A stretch of DNA of 63,994 nt, filler included, from Stramenopiles sp. TOSAG23-2 (Eukaryota): the NCBI GenBank assembly GCA_900128395.1. It is 3 parts of 3 records of this genome, joined end to end, with 100 filler letters (N's around TTAATTAATTAA, not from the genome) between each part and the next. Parts side by side here need not be neighbours in the genome. Positions count along the whole stretch, not along the records: positions 22,054 to 43,986 come from LT649522.1; positions 44,087 to 63,994 come from LT649569.1; 1 more part is not named here. One strand, 5' to 3'. Positions 35,105 through 45,898 of the stretch are shown piece after piece. The notes below the pieces were generated by a model. The model did no database searches. It was not told where the DNA came from and saw only the letters and a program-made list of their open reading frames with translations. The position numbers and the translations under genes were made by a program. The first letter of the stretch is position 1; each line of letters opens with the position of its first letter.

Positions 35105-38100
35105 TTATTTAAATAAAAATCGTAAATCATCAGTTGTTAATTGACTCAATGCCAATGCACTTGAATCGATTGTGCCTTCAAAAACCAATTGTTTCTTTTC
35201 TTGAAGCTCTGACATTCTTTCCTCAATCGTATCCTTTGTAATAAATCGTATAGCGGTAACCGTTTTGGTTTGTCCAATACGATGAGCACGTTGAATTGCT
35301 TGAAGTTCGACTGCAGGATTCCACCACGGTTCCAATACAAATACATGCGATGCTTCTTGTAAATTCAAACCTTCCCCACCAGCTTTCAAGGACATGATGA
35401 TTATATGTATCTCCGGATCTGTTTTGAACTGATGCAACACAGCGCTACGTTGCTTTAAACTCATCGTCCCAACAAGTTTTACCACGTTGTATCCAGCATC
35501 TTTTAAACGCCACTCAACGATATCAATCATACGATTGTATTGTGAAAATATGATACCTTTATTCCCTTTTGTTTTTGCCAATGCTTTCACATGTCTTAGT
35601 ACCGCTTCAACTTTTGAACTGCTTTCAAAATTATCCATAGTCAATTGTTGAACAATACTTTTACGACCAAGTAAAATGTTTTTTGAAGAGGATGCCCTTT
35701 TTCTTGTAGTTGTCGTAGTTGTACTTGTTGAACGGCTGCTGTTGCTGCCGTTATTACTACCGGAAGAGGAGGAAGAGGAAGATGGAGTTTGCACAATCAC
35801 TTTCCTTATTGTCGCACGACATACTGGACAAGCGTTTTTACGCTTTCGAAAAATCTTTGTACAATCGGAACATGTATATATGTGCCCGCACGGCACCAAT
35901 AAAGCATTACGTTCTTTTTCCATACATACAATACACTTTGTTGGATCCTCAGTGGTTATGGTGGAAGAATCATTTGTTTCATCAAGGCCACGAACTTCGT
36001 TCATTTGTACAGTAAGCGGTATAAAGCAAACAGGGCATGTAAGTACTTTGTCAATACCGTTTGCATTGTTCTTCTTCTTCTTCTTCTTCGTGGCTGTTCG
36101 TTTTCTTTTCTTCTTTTGCTTTGTATCGGATAATGAATTTTCATTTTCTTCCCCATCATTCTCTCCATTAAATTCTTTTGTATACTCCTCCAAGCACGAT
36201 TTGTGAAACGTATGGTGACATGCGGATAAAACACAATCCCGGCTTTTCAAAATATCGAATCCACAAATACCACAAACATCACTATGGCCGGATGATTTTG
36301 ATGGCAAATTTTGCTTCTCGCCTTCAAATTGTCCATGGACAACCAGGTACGGATGATCCAATGTCTGCCTCAATCGTGATAGGAGCTGGAACACATGGGC
36401 ATAATTATTCAATAACGTTCCTTTGTTTACGTACGTATCGAACTTGGAGCGACTATTTTTGTAGATACACTCGTAAAAATCTCTCTCCGATGCATCCAAC
36501 GTAAGCATTTCAATATTTATATTTAACGGCGGCAATTTGATATCTTCCGCTCGCTCAACCTTTGTTCTGCGCAACATGACAACATCGAGGATATCTTGCT
36601 TCAAACGCAACATGGCTTTGCGCCCATCACCGATGTAACCATAGCGTTTGATAGGATTCATGACCATTTTATTGAAAAATGAATAATGCCTCATCGGTGT
36701 ACATCCACATTTAGTACATTTTTTTGATCTAGGGCCAAACTCCCAATAGAGAGAAACGCAAGGACAACCTTTTGTTTTACAAAAATAATACGAGTGCGGA
36801 GCTAGCACAAGAAATCGAATCAATGCATACAGTTCACTGACACGATTTTGCAACGGTGTACCCGTCAAACACCACCTGTACGTGGATTTTAATGCATATA
36901 CGGCTTTTGCTGTGCTATTTGTTCTACCTTTGATTTTGTGCGCTTCATCTAAGATGATACGTAGCCATTTGGTTCGGTGAAGAGTTGATTTTCTTAAATT
37001 GACGCCATCCCTATCGGTAAATTCTTCATCGTCTACGTCATCATCATCGGATGACGAAGAATCATCATCATCATCCTCAGACGAAGATTCTTCGTCGCTG
37101 GAAGATTCTTCAACTTTTTTCTTTCCATTTTTTTTTCTCGGTTTGCTCTTTTTTGTATCAGGAGCTTTCTTCATCGAAGGTTTTCTTGTCCTTGACGTTG
37201 CTTTTTTCTTCGCACCCTTACCATTTTTCTTCTTCTTTGGTTTCAAACTATCCTCATTAGGATCGTAATCCTCATCATACGAGTCGTCGATGTAAGCACT
37301 TTTCTTCTTTTCTTCTTTTTTCCGTTTCGCACCTGAAAAATAAGGAGATGTCTTCGTAACTGATCGGGCAGCACGTCGCTTTCTCGGGGTTTGAGAATCG
37401 CTACTTCCTAAAGACGAAGGAGCTGGATCCAACGGCCCCGATGTCAATGAATCTTGAAGTTTTGCCAATGGTCTAGCTAACGTTGTGGTTGATGCTTGTG
37501 AAGCATTATTGTCATTCGATTTCATCGTTCTTGTATTGGTAGTCGTATTCGTCTTTCTCGTTTCGCTTGCTTTTGCACCATTCGGGCTTTCGTTTTTCTC
37601 TGTACCCGTTTTCTTCTTCTTCTTCGTTGATACATACATTGGTACCGCTTCCCTATTTGCATCTGCCATCAATTCACGGTAAATAGCTGTAGGCGTTGGC
37701 ATTTTTGCTTTCCGTTTTCCTTTTTTACCTTTGGCAGGTTTTTTTTTAACTGCCTTTGCCCCATCCTCCGTTTTCTTAGTTGGTTTCTTCTTTGTAATTT
37801 TCAATGTTACTTTTGCTTTTTCCAATGCTGCTTTTTTAGTTTTAGTTCTCTCCGTTTTCTGCTGCTTCTGCGTACGCATTGAATTTGGACCACAAAAATA
37901 TTGATTATGCAAAATCAATTTACGTGGCAGATATAATTTATTACAATATTCACATGAAACTTTCTGTTTATTTACTTGGCGCCTGTAATCATATTCCAAG
38001 ACTGCGTAAGTAGTGAGCACAACATCATATTTCAACAGATCACGTGGTTTTATATTTTTACGATTTTGATAATATAGAAATACTTTAACAGAACCACCAG

Positions 38101-39265
38101 TCGTGCAGCGATAAATCTCGTCTCTCCATTGCATCATTGCAGAAGATGGACAAACAACTAATGTCGGGCCAAATTCTTCCGGTTCCACCGTTTTCAACGT
38201 TGCAAGTGCATTTTTTAAATTTGGATACAAATTTGCACCGTTTTCATCCTTCTTCGCTTCTTCACCTTTTTTCGCCTTCTTTTTCGTTTCTGTACTTTGT
38301 GTTTTACTTTTCACGTAGCTTTTGTGGCTTTGGGGTGTAAAAGCACCGTCGTCGTCGTCATCATCATCCTCCTCGTCTGGATCATAATCTTCATCGTCGT
38401 TACCACCCTTTTTTTTCTTCTTCTTTTTCGTACCTTTTTTTTTACTCCTGGGTGGAGTTGTTACTTGTGGTGTAGAAGAGGATGACTTCTTTTCGGATGC
38501 AGTATTTTGTTTCTTACGACGCGAGGACTTTGTTTTACTTTTCGTAGCCTTGCTGCTAGATCCACTGCTACCGCTGTTGCTGCCACAGCAACCACTACTG
38601 CTGCTACTACTACTTGGGCTTTTTTTGGAATTGTCTTCTTCATCGTTCTCTTTCTTCGCATTTCCTTGTTGTTCTTTATATTTTTTCAAAATTGCTTTTC
38701 GTTCTGCTCGTGTGGCCATAATTAAAGATATTGCTTGCAATGTTTTCCCCATTCCCATTTCATCTGCTAACACACCACCACGTACATGTGAATCTTCTGA
38801 TTTTACCATCCAACCTACACCCTCGCTTTGATATGGCATCAATTTCATTTCGACTTTGGACGGTTGTTGGATTGATTGCATGCTTCGTTTTTTCAAAAAG
38901 TTTTTGTCATTCGGATCAATTTTTTGAATATGGCTTGGAAGACCCTTTTTTTGTAACTCTGCTAGTAAATCAATTTGATCAGAAGCTTTTAATTTTTCAA
39001 TCCCCCAAATCTCATCTTTTGTAACTTCTTCACCATCCTGGCTTCTTGCACAAATTAAATGTTGCCATGCATTGATAAAGCCGTTTGTTCCACCACCCCA
39101 TTTCACTGGAACACCCACGCGCACCGTATCTTTTTTGATTTTTTCAGAGCATAATCTACATGTCGCATGCGACGATTTAGCATATTCTGTAGTAAATTTA
39201 TAAATATAATCATCCTCACCCGCTTTGGCCCAATCACCATCCTCATCCACTGTCATCGCCGCCAT
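35105..39265 (-). CDS. RAD16: RAD16-like SNF2 ATPase with N-terminal PARP-type zinc finger and two RING fingers
   Basis: GGVLADEMGMGKT, LDEAHKIK, LTGTPLQN, RLRQTLDHP, SLKAGGEGLNL, QRAHRIGQ; RAD16-type CEYC...YFCGP; N-terminal EYAKSSHATCRLC...WQHLIC. Confidence 0.88.
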   Translation of the reverse strand: MAAMTVDEDGDWAKAGEDDYIYKFTTEYAKSSHATCRLCSEKIKKDTVRVGVPVKWGGGTNGFINAWQHLICARSQDGEEVTKDEIWGIEKLKASDQIDLLAELQKKGLPSHIQKIDPNDKNFLKKRSMQSIQQPSKVEMKLMPYQSEGVGWMVKSEDSHVRGGVLADEMGMGKTLQAISLIMATRAERKAILKKYKEQQGNAKKENDEEDNSKKSPSSSSSSSGCCGSNSGSSGSSSKATKSKTKSSRRKKQNTASEKKSSSSTPQVTTPPRSKKKGTKKKKKKKGGNDDEDYDPDEEDDDDDDDGAFTPQSHKSYVKSKTQSTETKKKAKKGEEAKKDENGANLYPNLKNALATLKTVEPEEFGPTLVVCPSSAMMQWRDEIYRCTTGGSVKVFLYYQNRKNIKPRDLLKYDVVLTTYAVLEYDYRRQVNKQKVSCEYCNKLYLPRKLILHNQYFCGPNSMRTQKQQKTERTKTKKAALEKAKVTLKITKKKPTKKTEDGAKAVKKKPAKGKKGKRKAKMPTPTAIYRELMADANREAVPMYVSTKKKKKTGTEKNESPNGAKASETRKTNTTTNTRTMKSNDNNASQASTTTLARPLAKLQDSLTSGPLDPAPSSLGSSDSQTPRKRRAARSVTKTSPYFSGAKRKKEEKKKSAYIDDSYDEDYDPNEDSLKPKKKKNGKGAKKKATSRTRKPSMKKAPDTKKSKPRKKNGKKKVEESSSDEESSSEDDDDDSSSSDDDDVDDEEFTDRDGVNLRKSTLHRTKWLRIILDEAHKIKGRTNSTAKAVYALKSTYRWCLTGTPLQNRVSELYALIRFLVLAPHSYYFCKTKGCPCVSLYWEFGPRSKKCTKCGCTPMRHYSFFNKMVMNPIKRYGYIGDGRKAMLRLKQDILDVVMLRRTKVERAEDIKLPPLNINIEMLTLDASERDFYECIYKNSRSKFDTYVNKGTLLNNYAHVFQLLSRLRQTLDHPYLVVHGQFEGEKQNLPSKSSGHSDVCGICGFDILKSRDCVLSACHHTFHKSCLEEYTKEFNGENDGEENENSLSDTKQKKKRKRTATKKKKKKNNANGIDKVLTCPVCFIPLTVQMNEVRGLDETNDSSTITTEDPTKCIVCMEKERNALLVPCGHIYTCSDCTKIFRKRKNACPVCRATIRKVIVQTPSSSSSSSGSNNGSNSSRSTSTTTTTTRKRASSSKNILLGRKSIVQQLTMDNFESSSKVEAVLRHVKALAKTKGNKGIIFSQYNRMIDIVEWRLKDAGYNVVKLVGTMSLKQRSAVLHQFKTDPEIHIIIMSLKAGGEGLNLQEASHVFVLEPWWNPAVELQAIQRAHRIGQTKTVTAIRFITKDTIEERMSELQEKKQLVFEGTIDSSALALSQLTTDDLRFLFK

Positions 39266-40040
39266 GATGGATTCTGTTGGCTGTTTCTTCTAAACACAGA
39301 AATTAAAGAACCTGTTCGTGCGTTCCTCTTTTCTTTGACATGCACTTTTTCTTTTCACGATTGGCCACACCGTCTACCTTTTTTATATATATACTGTTGT
39401 AAATTTATTTTAGCCATTTTGTTTTTGTTTGTTGTTCTAATCGAATCGCAACATCGCAACCAAGATATCAGGTTAAGGTTTTTGCGAATTGCAATGCTAA
39501 TGCTGTGTCATACTAAATGGAATTTAGAGTTCATTTCCTGTCCTGTACTGTGCTACTGTGTCCCCATCCCTAACAGCCCTACTCCCAATAATAATTTTTG
39601 GTATTTCCTTCGCCAGAGAGAGATGAGGGCTACCAAAAAAAAAGTCAACATCGTAAGCCTATTTGTATGCTAATTAATGATTTCGTGCTTTTTTCCACCA
39701 AACTCCTTAAACTCCTAAAAACCTGTAGGAAGCCTATCAAATGTTGAATAATCATACTTACATGTTATCATTTCGTATACTTTTGAGAAAATGATAAAAA
39801 ATCATTTTTTTTGGAATTTTATTCTAGAAAATATAAATAATTGCACAATTTAAATTTAATCTATTATTTTTATTATATTTAATAAGTCTAGACTATTATA
39901 CTATTATTATTATTATTTTTACAACAATTATTCTCTTCAGCAACACACACATACCTAATCGCTAGACGTGCCGTGACAACTTTCCAACCGTATAAGAAAA
40001 CCATCAAGCAGCCCAAAGAAACGCACCAACCATTATCGTC

Positions 40041-41969
40041 ATGGACGTGCTTGATAAACCAACCGACCCGAACGAGGTGGAGCTAACGGAGGTGGATAAA
40101 AAAACACCGCCGGAAAAAAAAAAGCCAGAGCAGCTGATCATAAACGTCAAAATCACTTTTTGCACCCACGTGGGTTGGGACGGCGTGTTGGTGATGCTGT
40201 TCTCGTTGGGGATTGCCGGTCTGTTTGTCTATATTACCTATTTGTATACCAAGAAATTTCAAGCGTGGCATCGGCCCGGCGTGTGGGTATTTATGGTGTT
40301 TGCGGTGTTGTATGTAGTATTGGTGGTAAAGTGTTTGTGGACGTGGAGAAAAGTGGCGACGGCCTTTACGGAACAGCAACAGGCGGATAAAGATAAGGAG
40401 CAAGGTGAGCGTGCCCGTTCCAGGTCTGCCGCAGAACGTGCGAAACAAGCGGCTGGCAACGCCAAAAATATATATGAGAAATTGCAAGTGAATGGGCAAT
40501 GGTTTTTGTGGAAGTTGTATGTTTCTGAACTGTTTGAGTCTGCGCAACAGTGTCTCAACTTAATAACCGTGTATTTATGTTCCCTTCCGGTGCCTGTTAC
40601 TGCCTCTATGTGTTTTTTACTTGCGGTGGATTGTATCCATACAGCGTGGACGATGACCCACAAAAATACACCAGCACGTAGAGATAGGCAGATAAAAACA
40701 GATGCTACGGTTGATTTTTTGTGTGTGGCGATTCCATTGTGTGTGATGTGGTTTGGGTATCAAGTGCCAATATCCATACCCGAGATGCTGTCTATCACGC
40801 TGATGCCCACCTTTTTTATGCTGGCGAAATTGGATGATATTTTGGAAGAAGGGATTCATCACCGTGCTGCGCAGCAGGTGTTGAGAGAACAATCTATGCG
40901 GTCGTTCAAACAGAAACGACGCAGAGAGTCTCTGTTTCAACAGGTAGCACAGGTAGAAATGGCAAAAAAACAAGAAGATAAAGTGCCACGACCAGTGAGA
41001 CTAGTTGCGGCAGGGTGTAAAGGATTGTTTGGACTTTTTTTTCTGGTGGTGGCGATAGCACATTTGGCGATGCGCCCTACTGGTTGCGACGTCACCACGT
41101 GGTCGAAGGGCTGTGTCAACAAGATACCTTTTTGCAAGAGTTTGTTTACTCCTACTTGTAATTGTGCATCTTTAAAAATAGAAAATGATTATAAACTGGT
41201 GGCGTTGCCCAATACACTGGTGGATGAGATGACTGGTTTAAGAAAAGTGTTTATACGCAATTGCAATTTGACTACCTTGCCACCGAGAATGGAGCGGTTG
41301 ACGGAGATGGTGGATTTTGAGATATCATTTAATCGGTTGGAGGAGTTTATGGTGGATGTGTTGAAATGGGAGAAGCTGAATAAGTTGCATTTGATGTATA
41401 ATAATATTAGTAGATACAACGAAAAGGCGTTGTGGACACATAATGAACTTGTAGGGCTTGCTATGTTTAATAATAGTATAAAAATACCTGCTACTGGAAT
41501 ACATATGCCCTCGTTGACTTTGCTTCATGTAGGAGATAATAATATTAAAATAAATACTCCGTTTGATAAAAAAACTTTTCCAAACCTACTTTATTTATAT
41601 TTGAATGGCAATAACCTCGTACAATTTCCGGGTGAATCGCTTCAATATTTTCTGGTTAAATTAGGTGTTGCTCGTTGTAATTTGAAATCATTGCCATCGT
41701 ATTTATCAAACTTCAAGAATTTAAAGTATTTGGATGCAAGAGATAACAACATTACTTACATTGATAACGAAATGAAGACTCTGATTGAAAACAATCAGAT
41801 ACAATCCTATTTTTCTGGAAACGCCTTTTGTAAAACAGACAAGTCATTAGATTGTTCGCCGCTCTGTTCAAAAAGTTGTTGGAGTAGAACAGCTTCAAAT
41901 GATGGTTACTGTGATATTGAATGCAATACAGAAGAATGTCAATTCGATGGAGGGGATTGTAGCGATTAG
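40041..41969 (+). CDS. Multi-TM, leucine-rich-repeat, LNR (Lin12/Notch) protein
   Basis: About 6-7 hydrophobic helices; LRRs (LLYLYLNGNNL, LKYLDARDNNI); C-terminal NDGYCDIECNTEECQFDGGDC. Confidence 0.8.
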   Translation: MDVLDKPTDPNEVELTEVDKKTPPEKKKPEQLIINVKITFCTHVGWDGVLVMLFSLGIAGLFVYITYLYTKKFQAWHRPGVWVFMVFAVLYVVLVVKCLWTWRKVATAFTEQQQADKDKEQGERARSRSAAERAKQAAGNAKNIYEKLQVNGQWFLWKLYVSELFESAQQCLNLITVYLCSLPVPVTASMCFLLAVDCIHTAWTMTHKNTPARRDRQIKTDATVDFLCVAIPLCVMWFGYQVPISIPEMLSITLMPTFFMLAKLDDILEEGIHHRAAQQVLREQSMRSFKQKRRRESLFQQVAQVEMAKKQEDKVPRPVRLVAAGCKGLFGLFFLVVAIAHLAMRPTGCDVTTWSKGCVNKIPFCKSLFTPTCNCASLKIENDYKLVALPNTLVDEMTGLRKVFIRNCNLTTLPPRMERLTEMVDFEISFNRLEEFMVDVLKWEKLNKLHLMYNNISRYNEKALWTHNELVGLAMFNNSIKIPATGIHMPSLTLLHVGDNNIKINTPFDKKTFPNLLYLYLNGNNLVQFPGESLQYFLVKLGVARCNLKSLPSYLSNFKNLKYLDARDNNITYIDNEMKTLIENNQIQSYFSGNAFCKTDKSLDCSPLCSKSCWSRTASNDGYCDIECNTEECQFDGGDCSD

Positions 41970-42026
41970 TTATAAGTTGATACCATTGGTTTAACTATAT
42001 AAATAAGTTAAAATAAATACGAGTAT

Positions 42027-42373
42027 GAAGGTTGATAACATCTATTTACCTCATCGGTAATTTCTGTTACAGGAGTTATTGTCACATTTTGTGAGATAGA
42101 TATTAATATTGGCTCCCAGTCACTGTATTCTTTTGAGAGTAGGAATTGTCATGAGTAGGAATAAAAAATTAAAATACGCGTACATTTATTTTAAAATATA
42201 ATCATTAATATTTATATATATATATATAGTTTAGTTTTTAATATTTGCTCATTCAAATTCCTACACTCCAAAAGAACAATTGTCGAGACCAATTTATCTA
42301 TCTCACTAAAAATGCCAATATTTTCTTATTTTATAAAAACATTACCGGAGGTAAATAGATTACCTCAACCTTC
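42027..42373. mobile_element. Degenerate foldback/MITE-like element
   Basis: Three nested imperfect inverted-repeat blocks around an AT core; a related copy lies at about 23424-23520. Confidence 0.6.
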
Positions 42374-42478
42374 TGTAGATGCTGAAGAAAAATGCTCATT
42401 ATAAGAAGGAGGCGAGTACGCTATCCTGCCCCCCTATACACTATTATACATATGTAATGTATATATAATTCTTATCAC

Positions 42479-43555
42479 TTAGCATCCACTATCACGAAGT
42501 GTTAACAATCGCCTCCTGCTCACATGTGAATTCTCCACTGTATATTGCGTTCCCGTCAACACCACGTCTTTGGAATAATGTTTGTGGCGTTTGTCTTTCA
42601 ATTTTACCATTTTTTTGTCACAGCTATTTTCGCACTCCAAGGACATTTGCGAATTCGTTTCATACTGGCATTCCTTGATGCATCTGCTTTTGCATTCATC
42701 ATAATCAAGCAACTTACCGCAATAATTGCCAGCATCCTCATAAGCTCTTACCTTTATTTGGGCGCCAATTAAATACGGCCTTTCCTCACAATAGGGCAAT
42801 TCACTTTGTAAATATCCATTTTTATCTTGTGTATTCAAATTAACCACCGCAACCCATTCTTTTTCTTTTCCCAACACATCCATTGCAACCTGCTGAATGG
42901 AAATATCTTTGGCTTCAAACAATTTTGTTGGACATGATGTATCTTGAACATCATATCGTAAAGTAGTCGATAACATATTCATATGTTTACTATTATTTAA
43001 TAACGTTGGTGATATATCATTGCTTAAGTAATGTATTGCAATATTCTTGATTTCAGAACTAGATAAATCTAAATGGTTGTATCCTTTGCAAAATAACTTC
43101 TTTTTTGTCTTTAATTCGGTGGATTTCCATATTGAACCACCGCTGCATGTAGTGTTCTCACGTTTAACATTATTTTTAGACTTCGTTTTCATCACAGAGC
43201 CAATACGTTGAAATCCCCCCCCCTTCTTATCCCCATGGGATAATTTACGATCCTTTAATTGTCGTTTCAATTTTGGGTCATCCATGTTTGTTCGAAACGC
43301 AGTTTCAACTTCTTCTGTATATTCTTCTAACTTTTCATCCATAGCTTCTTTCATCTGCTCTTTATCTTTGGCCGCTTGTTTTTTAAACTTTGACCCTTCT
43401 GCTTTTAATTCAGATTCTAATTTTGTAACAACTTTCTTTAAATCTTTTACACCTGATCCTTCGATTGATTTTCCAGGCTCTCCTTTCTCCCCTTGCTTGC
43501 CATCTTTACCATTACTTCCAGCTTCACCTGATGCAGCAATAAATGAACAACGCTT
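42479..43555 (-). CDS. 3' part of a collagen-like protein (Gly-X-Y, coiled coil, Cys-rich C-terminus)
   Basis: The frame is open upstream of the listed Met to 43555 and encodes GEA GSN GKD GKQ GEK GEP GKS. Candidate CAG acceptor at 43530-43528. C-terminus SRRRLL...GC. Confidence 0.6.
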   Translation of the reverse strand, partial: KRCSFIAASGEAGSNGKDGKQGEKGEPGKSIEGSGVKDLKKVVTKLESELKAEGSKFKKQAAKDKEQMKEAMDEKLEEYTEEVETAFRTNMDDPKLKRQLKDRKLSHGDKKGGGFQRIGSVMKTKSKNNVKRENTTCSGGSIWKSTELKTKKKLFCKGYNHLDLSSSEIKNIAIHYLSNDISPTLLNNSKHMNMLSTTLRYDVQDTSCPTKLFEAKDISIQQVAMDVLGKEKEWVAVVNLNTQDKNGYLQSELPYCEERPYLIGAQIKVRAYEDAGNYCGKLLDYDECKSRCIKECQYETNSQMSLECENSCDKKMVKLKDKRHKHYSKDVVLTGTQYTVENSHVSRRRLLTLRDSGC

Positions 43556-43986
43556 TTATTCTGTATAAATATGTTTCTTGTAGAGCTATACTTTTATCTT
43601 CTACATACATAAACTACTTTTTTAATTTAAACACTATAATATATAGCACTAAAAAACGTAAAAAAAAACACTGTCGGCTCTTCTGCACCTCGCGCCCCCC
43701 ATTTTTGTATCAAAGACAGAAAAATTGATGCCACTTGGCCACTTCGTTTTCTAGTACTTCTAGCAGTATATGAAAAAATCCTATATCATGGATTATAAAA
43801 AAAAAAATTTGATTTTAATTTTTATTAATTTTTAATTTTCTACAAAATTTATTGAATTTATTTTAAAGGTCGTCTCCTCCCCCCTCTCTTCATTTACGTA
43901 TAATATATTTTTTTTTCTTTTTCACCCCATCATATCTCATATTACACAGTATATGATACAAAAAAACTACAAACTACTCTTATTAC

Positions 43987-44086
43987 NNNNNNNNNNNNNN
44001 NNNNNNNNNNNNNNNNNNNNNNNNNNNNNNTTAATTAATTAANNNNNNNNNNNNNNNNNNNNNNNNNNNNNNNNNNNNNNNNNNNN
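43987..44086. other. Artificial contig-joining spacer
   Basis: N44-TTAATTAATTAA-N44. Confidence 0.98.
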
Positions 44087-44223
44087 TATTAATCTTTAAT
44101 ATTTTCAATTATACATTTTTAAAAACAGATTGCGAAGAGCGGAAATTAAAATGGGGAATATATGGCGAAGAAATAAGCTACTGCACTATTAAACGATTAA
44201 TATTCCAGACCATTCTTTCATTA

Positions 44224-44844
44224 TTGACATCTGCTTTCCTTGCAACATTAACAGGACGGACAGATAATTTGTTTTTTTGCAATGCAAATATTTATAGATC
44301 AACGGGTACGATCGATCGTAAAACTATAAATGCAAATTATGTTCGTAGTATGACTATAGAAAAAAGAAGCAGCGAACGTATTCGGGACATAGACCCAGTA
44401 AATGAAAGTATACCATCACATGAAGAAGAAGAGGATATAGAGTCTCCAGATGATGATGATAAGAAAGAAGTTGGTATGATAAGAATTGGATAGTTTGATA
44501 TTCTAATTTCCCTTTCAAATTTTAAATTATGATCAGTACAACTACTTGTCAATTGCTAGGGAATTTAATAATTTTCGCTCATCAATCACCAATCACCGAC
44601 ACCACCCTTTCAAATTTTAAATTATGATCAGTACAACTACTTGTCAATTGCTAGGGAAATTAATAATTTTCGCTCATCAATCACCAATCACCGACACCGA
44701 TTGCCTGGATTGCACAGATCATATCTTCCAATTGCTGACGCTGGTTATAGAATGTCTCATGAGAATACAGCAGAATTGAAGAAATTGACCTTGGCAACTT
44801 TAGCTTTTCAAACAGAAGAGGAGGAGGATGAAGATGCGCCATGA
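44224..44844 (+). other. Fragmentary coding-like sequence at contig start (possible 3' end of a gene)
   Basis: Two short acidic ORFs, interrupted or followed by two ~100 bp duplications. Confidence 0.3.
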
Positions 44845-45898
44845 GAGAAAAAAAAACTTCGTGTATATATCTATAGAATTGAAGAAATTGACCATGGCAA
44901 CTTTAGCTTTTCAAACAGAAGAGGAGGAGGATGAAGATATGAAGATGAGCCATGAGAAAAAAAAACTTCGTGTATATATTTGTTTTTTAAAATACGAGGG
45001 AGGAAGTAATTTCAAGAGAGTAATACACCTGTATATAATATTATCTAACTTAGATTTTAACCAAAAATATAATATTATCTAAAACATATTTTCATATTTC
45101 ATAGTAATCCGTATAGCTATACTCTGGACACCAGAGATTTTCCTTTTGCCATTATTAATATTATATACCCTGACAAGGAAAACTACCTGTATCTATAAGC
45201 GAATAATATACCTGGATCTAAAATATATTCAAAATATTCTTATTTTTTATAATTTTTTTTTTTATTGTTGGTTCATCAAATTGATTTCATTCCCAAAATG
45301 CCAGTATTTTATCACTTTAAAATTATTATAATAAATATCCGATATAAAATTTGACAAAAATGTTATATTAATTATTAAAACTATTATATTTTGACTATAT
45401 AATTCCATAATTAAAAAATCAAGGTATAGAAATAACAAATAATATTATATTTTGACTATATAATTCCACAATTAAAAAAACAAGGTATAGAAATAATGCA
45501 TTAACTTCCGATAAATATTTTCACCTGAAATCTTGTTTTTAGTGCTATGTAGTGCTAAATTTATCGGAAGTAATTAATGGAGACAGACTTAGACTGGGCT
45601 CGCACCCCCCATCTCTAATAATTTATCGATTTTTTTATTATTATTATTATTTAAAATAATTAATAATTAATGAAAGTAAGTGTATGATGTATGTATAGAT
45701 TTTGTTATATTGTGTAATAATAGTCAGAACGGTATAAACCTTGGGCGGCGGAAAAAAAGAAAAAAGAAGATATCATCCAATTTCATTTCTTACTATATTA
45801 TATATTATACAGAAAGATAATTACGTGCGTATATAGGAAAATTTAATTTTATAGAAAACTTCAACGTGTCACCGAACAAAAATTACGAGAAACACATC

